NCBI GenBank assembly: GCA_964510025.1
Contig: CAZDZV010000004.1
Coordinates: 611-64,610, forward strand
DNA: 64,000 nucleotides
Direction of reading: 5' to 3'
From: an uncultured Methanosarcinales archaeon
Lineage (GTDB): Archaea; Nanobdellota; Nanobdellia; Woesearchaeales; DATDXC01
Below the pieces are notes generated by a model. That model saw only the letters and a list, made by a program, of their open reading frames with translations, was not told where the DNA came from and made no database searches. Positions 56,228 to 64,000 of the stretch are shown one piece after another. The first letter of the stretch is position 1, and every line of letters begins with the position of its first letter. The translations under genes and the position numbers were made by a program.

Positions 56228-57315
56228 AAGCAGGCTTAATATCATTGCAGAGCAAGAGTTCCCTTATGATAGTGGAGGCCCTCAAGAAGTATTTCACCAA
56301 TGTGGATAGCCTTGATATCAGGAAGATGGAAGCTAACCTTAGCGGAAGGGACCTGGAGATACTCTACGAGGGCAAAGCCTTCAAGGAATATGACATGATA
56401 TATGCGAGAGGGTCCTTTCGCTATACACCGTTGCTCAGGACGCTGACAAAGGCCAAAGAAGATTCTGCCTACATGCCTATACAGGCAGAGGCATATACAA
56501 TCGGCCATGACAAGCTGCTTACCCATCTTGTCCTCCAGCAGTATAAGATACCTATGCCAAGGACATACCTTACAAGCTCTGCCAAGGCAGCTAAAAAGAT
56601 CCTGAAAAAGATAAACTATCCTATCATCATGAAATTCCCTTCTGGCACAGGCGGCAAAGGCGTCATGTTTGCTGAGTCATTTGCTGCAGCTTCTTCCATG
56701 ATGGATGCGCTGGAGACTCTTCGTCAGCCATTCATACTTCAGGAATATATAGAGACAGGCGGCACAGACACAAGGGCGATTGTTGTCGGAAACAAGGTCA
56801 TAGCTGCCATGAGAAGAAAAGCGGTTGTGGGAGAAAAAAGGAGCAATATCCACGCAGGCGGCCTAGGAGAGCCCATACTGCTGGATGAGCATACCAGAAA
56901 GATCGCTTGCGACGTCTCTGCTGCCATCGCAGCCAAGATATGTGCAGTGGACATACTGGATTCACCCAAAGGCCCCCTGGTGATTGAGGTCAACCTAAGC
57001 CCCGGACTGCAGGGCATCACAAAGACCACAAAAGTAGATGTAGCTGATAAGACAGCAAAATATCTGTTTGAGGAGACCAAGAAGTTTAGGGATACAGGCA
57101 AAAAAGCAGACACAAAAAAGGTGATGAAAGAGCTAAATCTTGACTATAAAGAGGCAGAACAGAACATCCTGACTAACCTGGATTTTAGGGCTCAGCGTAT
57201 TCTTCTGCCAAAGATAGTCACCGAAATAACCGGATTCAATGATAAGCAGGAGCTGCTGATCAAGGCTAAGAAGGGCAATATTGAGATAAAAGAGTACAAT
57301 ATAAACGACAAGTAA
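56224..57315 (+). CDS. RimK-family ATP-grasp ligase (alpha-L-glutamate ligase-like)
   Basis: ATP-grasp features: 'PIIMKFPSGTGGKGVMF', 'ILQEYIETGGTDTRAIVVGNKV', 'IEVNLSPGLQGI'. Confidence 0.8.
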   Translation: MKAGLISLQSKSSLMIVEALKKYFTNVDSLDIRKMEANLSGRDLEILYEGKAFKEYDMIYARGSFRYTPLLRTLTKAKEDSAYMPIQAEAYTIGHDKLLTHLVLQQYKIPMPRTYLTSSAKAAKKILKKINYPIIMKFPSGTGGKGVMFAESFAAASSMMDALETLRQPFILQEYIETGGTDTRAIVVGNKVIAAMRRKAVVGEKRSNIHAGGLGEPILLDEHTRKIACDVSAAIAAKICAVDILDSPKGPLVIEVNLSPGLQGITKTTKVDVADKTAKYLFEETKKFRDTGKKADTKKVMKELNLDYKEAEQNILTNLDFRAQRILLPKIVTEITGFNDKQELLIKAKKGNIEIKEYNINDK

Positions 57316-57353
57316 TTTAAATGCAGCTGCATTCTAGGCCATTGGGGGTATAA

Positions 57354-60300
57354 TTGAGACAATATCTGCTAGCTTTCATGTTTTTGATGTGTCTCTGCAG
57401 CATAGCAGCAGCCCAGCACTGGATAACCGGCCAGGTTCTGGATGCAATGGATGGGACACTTGCTGATGGTAGGAAAGTCGCTCTCTTCTATCCGGGCTCC
57501 CCGGAAATAAACGCCACAGATGTTATCGGTGAACAGGGCATGAGCGGAACAGGCAGCTATTATATGATTGACATAGAGAGCATAGACGAGGATTGGCAGC
57601 CGGGCGAGATTGTGTCTGTGAAGGTTGTGGAGAATAATAGCGGATATGCCACCAGGACAATTGCAGTCAACCTTAGTTCTGACAGCTTTGATGTGGCTGA
57701 CATCATGACCCTGAAGAAACTGGGCGATGCCATAAGCTGGCTGTCGGCTATGCAGAAGGATGGGTTGGTCGATTCTTATGAAGGAGACGATGAAGATTAT
57801 GCATATACATACGATCAGGCCCTGGCGGTCATTGCGTTTACGCTGGCTGATGAGACAGATAAGGCAGCTGCGGTGCTGGACAAGATGCAGGAGCTTCAGC
57901 TTGCCAATGGTGCATGGTACCAGTGTTATGATGCTGTAACCTCATCCATAGGGCATGGCGGCTGTTATCTTTACCCGACCGGCGACATATCATGGATAGT
58001 TATGGCAGTCAATTTCTATGAGCATAAGACAGAAGATGCTGGCTATCGGGAGATGGCGCTGAGAGCCTTATCATGGCTTGACAGCGTGAGAAACACAGAT
58101 CCGTTGCAGGAAGACTACGGCTCATTAGATTTATGCAGGGGACCCGCATGCACCTACCCGGAAGCCATAAGTACAGAAAACAACTATGATGCTTATTCAG
58201 CCTACTATTACAGGGGGGTCCTGGATAGGAATGCATCCTTAATAGACAGGGCGCTTCTGATCAAGAAGTATCTTGTGGAAGAGATGTGGTCCAACTCATC
58301 TGCATCCAACGGCCCTTTTCATGACATAGGCGTCTTCTGGGTAGGATTTGACGATTTTGGGTTCTATACTGATCCGCAAAGCTGGGCAATACTGGCTCTG
58401 GGTTCAAAGGGGCCTGAAGGTGAAAATTTCACCCGGGCTCTGGAATGGCTCTACAGCTACGGGTATGGGTATGGCAGCACCCGCCACAACCAGACATATA
58501 ATCCTGAGATAGACGGCTTTGACTACTGGACAAAGCCATCCAAAGACTCCATCTGGGTGGAGGGCACAGAAGGTGTTGCTGCTGCCTATTATTCCATAGG
58601 CGACAACGTGAAAGGAGACTATTTGCACGGACAGGTGCTGCAGGATATCAACGGCGGCCTGATCTATTCATTCTCAGAGACCGATCCTGACAGCATAAGA
58701 TGGAATGAAAATTGGCGTCATAATTCAGTAGCCAGCACATCATGGTTCTATTTCAATGAGCAAAAGGCGAACCCATTTGTCCTGGATATCAGCTTGGATT
58801 CAGAGATCCCTCTCTCAAAAGGCTGGAACCTGTTTTCGCCACCTGGCGGACTGGATGCACAGGGCGTCAATCTTGAGGTTGAGGCTGGCTGGAATCTGCT
58901 GGGATATTCAGGTGAAGATGCATTTTACTGGCTTAATGCCTCTGTCTCCAACAGCTCAGAAACAAGGTCAGTTGCCGATGCCGATGAATGGCTCCAGCCG
59001 ACCGTATATTACTTTGACGTCAGCTATAGGTTTGTGCCAGGAAATGACGATTATCTGCGGCGAGGCAGAGGATACTGGCTGTACAGCACTGTCAACCTGA
59101 CTATAACATTTGACAGTCTGATGATATCCTCATTCAACTGGTCTAAGGTAAGAATAAGAAAAGGGGAAGTTGTCAAGACTTTGTCAGAAGCTCAATCATC
59201 AGGATGGCTTCAGTCTACAATATACTATTTCGACACAGCATCCCAGCAGTACCGGTTCATCCCCGATGACAGGGATATTATCGGTTCCTATGAGGGCTAC
59301 TGGCTGCTGGCTTTCCAGGACAATCTTTCGCTGATATTCGAATTTGACATATGCCAGCACCTTCAGAGCTGCTCATATTCTACATACCTTAGATGTAATC
59401 CTGCTGTAGAAGCTCTGACAACAGAGGCCTTTGATGAAGATACCCTAGAGCACTTCTGGAAGGATTTGGCAGCTCTTGAGGATAGCGGCAGTCTAGAATC
59501 TGTTGAGCCCCAGGATATTGATGATGAATATGTTTACCTCACAGAGGATGAGCAAAAGAGGATTGTCGCAGCTGACTCAGCCCATGCTGTCTGGGTTGAC
59601 AAGAATGGCCTTGTGCCGTGGAGATTAGCAGGCTATGACTACCAGGAGCTGTCTGGCTTGTTCAAGGGATTCTTCTCAGAATCAGGCTCAGGCTGTTATT
59701 TCCTGTCGTTGATAGACAGTAATCCGGCAGATGCATATCATTATATCACACAGAATGGGCTGCTGGAGGACAATAAGATAGGCACATTCTATGCGGTCTT
59801 GGAGGACATAAGGTCTGATTTCAGGCACGGCATATCCTCAAGGGACCCTACACATGAGCCTTATACTGTTGCAGAGGCTCTTACAGAATACGATGAATAT
59901 CAAACAAGGGTCAGCAGAAGAGGGTGCCACAGCATGACCAGGATACTGTTGGCCTTGATGAGGAGCATCAACATTCCTGGTGAAGAGACCCGATTAGGTG
60001 TGTGGTTTGACTTCGGCCATTCCTCTGCTGCCTGGCCGTCATTGTCCAAGGTTCTCCCGCATGGAGATAATATCTACAACGCCCTGGTCAAGGCCACTCC
60101 TTCGGATAGGCTATTGCCTGACTATTCCTATTATGGGGAAGATGTCCTATGCGGCACCGAAAGGCCGTGCATTTCCCACAGGCATACATCCTTGAATGCA
60201 GTGACATACCCGTCCGCCTACACCAAAAACCGGTGCTGCAATCCTGCACAATATGAGCACACAGACTGCCAAGAATACCTGCATTACGAGCATGATCCTT

Positions 60301-60434
60301 ACCTGACAGCTTATGAGATAGCTTCTGCAGCAGATGCGATATCAGCCCTGTGCCAGGGCCAAGCGATCCCACTAGCCTCTATCGAAGACCAGCCCATAGA
60401 ATGTCTTGACTACATACCCGGCTACATACCCTAG
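57354..60434 (+). CDS. Large secreted protein (1026 aa), alpha/alpha-toroid (terpenoid-cyclase/A2M-like) region suspected
   Basis: TTG start gives signal peptide 'MRQYLLAFMFLMCLCSIAAAQ'. Repeated aromatic motifs spaced ~45-60 aa apart ('DQALAVIAF', 'NGAWYQ', 'WIVMAVNFY', 'WAILALG') suggest helical-hairpin repeats. Cys/Tyr-rich C-terminal region. Confidence 0.55.
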   Translation: MRQYLLAFMFLMCLCSIAAAQHWITGQVLDAMDGTLADGRKVALFYPGSPEINATDVIGEQGMSGTGSYYMIDIESIDEDWQPGEIVSVKVVENNSGYATRTIAVNLSSDSFDVADIMTLKKLGDAISWLSAMQKDGLVDSYEGDDEDYAYTYDQALAVIAFTLADETDKAAAVLDKMQELQLANGAWYQCYDAVTSSIGHGGCYLYPTGDISWIVMAVNFYEHKTEDAGYREMALRALSWLDSVRNTDPLQEDYGSLDLCRGPACTYPEAISTENNYDAYSAYYYRGVLDRNASLIDRALLIKKYLVEEMWSNSSASNGPFHDIGVFWVGFDDFGFYTDPQSWAILALGSKGPEGENFTRALEWLYSYGYGYGSTRHNQTYNPEIDGFDYWTKPSKDSIWVEGTEGVAAAYYSIGDNVKGDYLHGQVLQDINGGLIYSFSETDPDSIRWNENWRHNSVASTSWFYFNEQKANPFVLDISLDSEIPLSKGWNLFSPPGGLDAQGVNLEVEAGWNLLGYSGEDAFYWLNASVSNSSETRSVADADEWLQPTVYYFDVSYRFVPGNDDYLRRGRGYWLYSTVNLTITFDSLMISSFNWSKVRIRKGEVVKTLSEAQSSGWLQSTIYYFDTASQQYRFIPDDRDIIGSYEGYWLLAFQDNLSLIFEFDICQHLQSCSYSTYLRCNPAVEALTTEAFDEDTLEHFWKDLAALEDSGSLESVEPQDIDDEYVYLTEDEQKRIVAADSAHAVWVDKNGLVPWRLAGYDYQELSGLFKGFFSESGSGCYFLSLIDSNPADAYHYITQNGLLEDNKIGTFYAVLEDIRSDFRHGISSRDPTHEPYTVAEALTEYDEYQTRVSRRGCHSMTRILLALMRSINIPGEETRLGVWFDFGHSSAAWPSLSKVLPHGDNIYNALVKATPSDRLLPDYSYYGEDVLCGTERPCISHRHTSLNAVTYPSAYTKNRCCNPAQYEHTDCQEYLHYEHDPYLTAYEIASAADAISALCQGQAIPLASIEDQPIECLDYIPGYIP

Positions 60435-61372
60435 ATCCAGTTCTTTTTCTTGAAATAAGCGAGCATAGATACGCCCACAACAATCATCACGCCCCACACC
60501 ACAAAGTATCCTGCCCTCCATTCCAGCTCCGGCATATACCTGAAGTTCATTCCATACACCCCTGCTATGAATGTAAGTGGGATAAAGATTGAAGCAAATA
60601 CTGTCAACACCTTCATTACCTCGTTCATGTTGTTGGAAACAGATGACATGTACACGTCAAAGGTGTTGGAAATCGCCTCCCTCTGGTTGTCCAGAAGGTC
60701 ATAGACCCTTATAGAATGGTCGTAGACATCCCTGAAGTAAGGGATTGACTTGTCAGATATGAACCTGTATCCTTTTCTCGCCAGAAATGACAGCTTCTCC
60801 CTTTGAGGGAGGATTGTCTTCTTGATCGATATTATCTGCCGCTTCAGATCAAGTATCTTTGACATGTGTCCAGGGGATGCTTTCTTGGTAACTGCCTCTT
60901 CAAGATCCTCTATCTCGTCATCGATCTCTTCCAGCACCGGAAAGAAATTGTCTATCTCGATGTCGATAAGCTGGTGCAGTATGAAATCCGTGCCGTTCTT
61001 CAGGAGCCTGCCCAGCTTCTTCTTGTTTTTCTTCAGCTTTTCGAAGCTCTCCAGCTCAGCTTTGTGGTTGGTTATGATGTAGTTCCTGCCAAGGATAAAG
61101 TCAAGCTCCACCAGTTCTATCCCCTTTTTCTTCTGGCAGCCGTAGAAGATGCAGAACAGATAGTCCACGAAATCCTCCACCTTGATCCTAGTATTCGGAT
61201 TTTCTATGTCCTCAACAGTGACAGGATGCAGCTTGAAAGCCTTTTGCAGAATCTGAGATTCCTTGGCTGTAATGTCATACACGTCGATCCATAGCCTTTT
61301 GTTCTTGATCCTGCCTAGCTCTCCAATCTCCGCTTTCCGTAGTTTCCTGTCAAAATAAAATATCTCTATCAT
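60431..61372 (-). CDS. corA: CorA-family magnesium transporter
   Basis: C-terminal two TM helices with 'AGVYGMNF' (GMN motif). 313 aa. Confidence 0.85.
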   Translation of the reverse strand: MIEIFYFDRKLRKAEIGELGRIKNKRLWIDVYDITAKESQILQKAFKLHPVTVEDIENPNTRIKVEDFVDYLFCIFYGCQKKKGIELVELDFILGRNYIITNHKAELESFEKLKKNKKKLGRLLKNGTDFILHQLIDIEIDNFFPVLEEIDDEIEDLEEAVTKKASPGHMSKILDLKRQIISIKKTILPQREKLSFLARKGYRFISDKSIPYFRDVYDHSIRVYDLLDNQREAISNTFDVYMSSVSNNMNEVMKVLTVFASIFIPLTFIAGVYGMNFRYMPELEWRAGYFVVWGVMIVVGVSMLAYFKKKNWI

Positions 61373-62625
61373 TTAAACAGCAGGTCCTTTCTCAATATGA
61401 TCGTCTGGCTTCTTTTTGGGCCGACCGACAGTATGGATATTGGAACACCTGTAAGTTCCTCGATTTTCTTGACATATCTGAATGCTGCTTCAGGCAGCCC
61501 ATCCAGGCTTCTTATGTCAGATATGTCAGAGTTCCAGCCTTCTGTCTCTTCATATACAGGCTCAGCTTTCTCGATGTCTGCTGTTGGGTAATCCTTTACT
61601 GTTCTGCCCCCTATCCTGTAGCCTGTGCAGTATCTTATCTTCTTGAAATCAGAAAAGCAGTCCAGCTTTGTGACTGCTATGGATGTCAGGCCGTTTATTT
61701 TTGCTGCATATCTGGTGATCACAGAATCAAACCAGCCTGTCCTTCTCGCCCTGCCTGTTGTGGTCCCGTACTCAGCTCCCCTTTTCCTGAGTACCTTGCC
61801 TAGGTAGTATTCCTCTCCCTGGTTGGCTTTTTTTATATCATCTTCTGACAGCTCGTCATCCTTGTTTTCATTGACCGTCTGCTCATCTGTTCCCAGCTCT
61901 GTCGGGAACGGCCCTCTGCCCACCCTTGTCGTATAGGCCTTTACAATCGCTATCACTTCATTGATCTTTGTGGGGCCGATGCCCAGCCCGGTGCAGGCCC
62001 CTCCTGCAGTAGGATTGGATGATGTGACAAAAGGATATGTGCCGTGGTCTATGTCAAGCATGGTTCCCTGCGCACCTTCCACAAGGATGCTCTTTCCGGA
62101 CCTCAGGGCCTCATCCAGAACCGCATATGTATCCTTAACAAGGGGGCTCAGCTTTTTCGCTTCTGCAGTGTCTTTCTTCACAAAATCAGACATCCTCATC
62201 CCCGTCCGCTCTATCTTGGCCATGTAACAGGGGCCGATGCCTCTCCCTGTGGTTCCTACCTTCTTTCCTGTCTTCTTATCTTGCGATACCTGTTCCTCTG
62301 TGATGACATGCGCAGAACCGCTTATCAGTAGGTTAGTCTCAGAAATCTTGAATCCTTTTTCTTCCAGGTCTGTTATCTCCTTTATTATCTGTTTTGGATA
62401 GATCACCATCCCGTTGCCGCAGATGCTGAGCTTCCCGTTATGGATGATGCCTGAAGGGAGTAGATGGAACTTATATTTCTTATCATGGACAACCACTGTA
62501 TGCCCGGCATTATTTCCGCCTGTTGCCCTGGCTATAACATCAGCCCTTTCAGCAAGAAAATCCACTATCTTGCCTTTGCCTTCATCACCCCATTGGGCCC
62601 CTACCACAGCTATTGTCTTGCCCAT
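61369..62625 (-). CDS. purA: Adenylosuccinate synthetase
   Basis: 'VVGAQWGDEGKGKIVD' P-loop and 'GGNNAGHTV'. Confidence 0.9.
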   Translation of the reverse strand: MGKTIAVVGAQWGDEGKGKIVDFLAERADVIARATGGNNAGHTVVVHDKKYKFHLLPSGIIHNGKLSICGNGMVIYPKQIIKEITDLEEKGFKISETNLLISGSAHVITEEQVSQDKKTGKKVGTTGRGIGPCYMAKIERTGMRMSDFVKKDTAEAKKLSPLVKDTYAVLDEALRSGKSILVEGAQGTMLDIDHGTYPFVTSSNPTAGGACTGLGIGPTKINEVIAIVKAYTTRVGRGPFPTELGTDEQTVNENKDDELSEDDIKKANQGEEYYLGKVLRKRGAEYGTTTGRARRTGWFDSVITRYAAKINGLTSIAVTKLDCFSDFKKIRYCTGYRIGGRTVKDYPTADIEKAEPVYEETEGWNSDISDIRSLDGLPEAAFRYVKKIEELTGVPISILSVGPKRSQTIILRKDLLFK

Positions 62626-62790
62626 AGAAAAACTTAAGATATCATACTATATAAAGTTTTCTAACACTGGACAGCGCTTATTTTGCCGAATCAGGTTGTT
62701 ACAGACACTGAAAAAGCAAAATTCACTGGCCACTGGCCACATGACATGTATGCGTCAGCTATTTAAACTAAAAATGCCAATAAATCCTAT

Positions 62791-63549
62791 GTGATAGCCA
62801 ATAGTTTTATCTTCCTGGACAAGATAGGCGAGAAGCTCGAGAAAAGCATCTGGCAGCAGGGTATCCTAAGCTGGGATCAGTTTCTGGCGGCAAAATCAGT
62901 CAAAGGCATATCAAGGAAAAGAAAGATGTACTACGACAGGATTGTTTTGCAGGCTCGCTCTGCATTGTATAGCCAATGCTCAGGATACTTCATAGGCAGG
63001 CTTCCGCAATGCGAAAACTGGAGGCTATATGATAACTTCAAAGATCAGGCTGTTTTCCTGGATATCGAGACATCCGGCATGAGCAGGTATGATGACATCA
63101 CAGTGTTCGGCATATTTGACGGAATAAACACAAAAACAATGATCCGCGGGATAAACATGGACTACAAAGAGCTTAAGAAGGAGCTCGATAGGTATAAGCT
63201 TATAGTAACCTACAATGGCTCTACCTTTGACATACCTTTCATCAGGAAAAGATACCCAAGGCTCCTGCCGCAGGTTCCCAATTTTGATCTCAGGGTAGCT
63301 TGCCAGCGCGTCAACCTCACTGGCGGCCTCAAGGAGATAGAGAAGAAGTTCGGCATAGAGAGGAGCAAGATAGTAGAGGATATGTATGGGGGAGATGCAC
63401 TAAGGCTATGGAAGATGTACAGGGTGACAGGCGACTCATACTATCTCAAGCTTCTTGTTGAATACAATGAAGAGGATGTCTACAATCTCAAGAAGATAGC
63501 AGACACTGTGACAGCGAGGCTCAAGCATGAATGTCTTGCAGAAGGTTAG
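62791..63549 (+). CDS. RNase-H-like 3'-5' exonuclease-domain protein (DnaQ/YprB-like)
   Basis: 'AVFLDIETSGMS' (Exo I D-x-E) and 'YNGSTFDIPFI' (Exo II-like). GTG start. Confidence 0.5.
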   Translation: MIANSFIFLDKIGEKLEKSIWQQGILSWDQFLAAKSVKGISRKRKMYYDRIVLQARSALYSQCSGYFIGRLPQCENWRLYDNFKDQAVFLDIETSGMSRYDDITVFGIFDGINTKTMIRGINMDYKELKKELDRYKLIVTYNGSTFDIPFIRKRYPRLLPQVPNFDLRVACQRVNLTGGLKEIEKKFGIERSKIVEDMYGGDALRLWKMYRVTGDSYYLKLLVEYNEEDVYNLKKIADTVTARLKHECLAEG

Positions 63550-64000
63550 GATACTTGGAGATGCTGGAAAATGGGATAGTTGCGCCAGCTCAAGCTCCGG
63601 AAGAAAGGTGCAGACAGATGACAGGATAGGCAATGCATCCAGCTGCGGGATCTGCCATTCTTTCACTGAAAACGGAAGATGCATCTCATTGTTCAAGACA
63701 CTGATGACAAACAGCTGCAGCTTTGACTGCCGATACTGCCAGAATTCTTCGCATTGTGACAGGAAAGCAACAGCATATCAGCCTGAAGAGCTGGCAAGGG
63801 TCTTCATGCACCTGTATGTCCGGAATTTTGTCGAAGGACTGTTCCTCTCATCCGGGATTGCAGGGGATCCTGACAGGACAATTGAATTAGGAAATACAGG
63901 TTATTCAGATAGATTAAGAAAAGAGGCTCTTAAGTTGTTCAGAAAATATTATCATCCCCTTTTGATGCAGTTAATGAAACGGTCAGATTTCCTGGTGGTG
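63527..64000 (+). CDS. Radical-SAM-like protein, 5' part (continues past window end)
   Basis: Translated by hand in frame 2: '...NSCSFDCRYCQNSSH' gives a CxxxCxxC cluster. Open to the window end. The ATG at 63527 overlaps the upstream gene by 23 nt. Confidence 0.35.
   Translation, partial: MNVLQKVRILGDAGKWDSCASSSSGRKVQTDDRIGNASSCGICHSFTENGRCISLFKTLMTNSCSFDCRYCQNSSHCDRKATAYQPEELARVFMHLYVRNFVEGLFLSSGIAGDPDRTIELGNTGYSDRLRKEALKLFRKYYHPLLMQLMKRSDFLVV

Noticed and set aside
1-64000. tRNA/rRNA genes, CRISPR arrays, transposases/integrases
   Set aside because: Intergenic spacers (the longest are 18909-19133, 62626-62790 and 49493-49690) show no tRNA-like acceptor/T-arm patterns. No regular repeat-spacer arrays were seen. 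No DDE transposase or integrase motifs appear in any ORF.

Overview
The window reads as an archaeal chromosomal segment (DPANN-like: class I LysRS, Q+1/E+5 class-III prepilin signals, FlaI/FlaJ/FlaH-type parts, TATA-like boxes plus GGAGG/GAGGTG ribosome-binding sites, tight ATGA gene overlaps). It has three parts. (1) Positions 1-18.2 kb hold housekeeping and metabolic genes, nearly all on the minus strand: partial lysK, lysC, a three-gene archaeal-type acyl-CoA carboxylase, an ABC exporter with a CARDB-like surface protein, 3-hydroxyacyl-CoA dehydrogenase, a PaaK-like ligase, amidohydrolase, ThiF/MoeB E1-like, M42 peptidase and hom. (2) Positions 19.1-34.6 kb hold a plus-strand sugar-catabolism cluster with a bacterial flavour, wedged between hom and asd. 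It encodes a xylose-isomerase-like isomerase, aldose 1-epimerase, a galactokinase-family kinase, two FGGY kinases, a FucI N-domain fragment, an enolase-superfamily dehydratase, a sugar-phosphate isomerase/epimerase, a Gfo/Idh/MocA oxidoreductase, a PfkB kinase and three hypotheticals. (3) Positions 36.7-55.8 kb hold the most notable locus, a divergent two-operon type-IV-pilus-like surface apparatus. One operon carries at least five class-III-signal pilin genes and two paralogous giant adhesins (1625 and 1395 aa) that carry a pilin-like N-terminus, a VWA MIDAS site (DxTGS/DxSNS) followed by a Laminin-G-like region and, several hundred aa later, a VWA-like TDGEAN segment (single split VWA not established). 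The other carries a wHTH/KP-repeat membrane protein, a FlaI/GspE-type ATPase, a FlaJ/TadC homologue split into two genes, a FlaH-like KaiC ATPase, and a CBS-pair-KaiC fusion with a degenerate P-loop. After this come a retropepsin-like/RimK pair, a large secreted alpha-toroid-like protein, corA, purA, and an exonuclease-like gene next to a partial radical-SAM gene. No rRNA, tRNA, CRISPR or transposase genes were seen. All functional calls rest on motif-level reading of the translations; no database search was possible.
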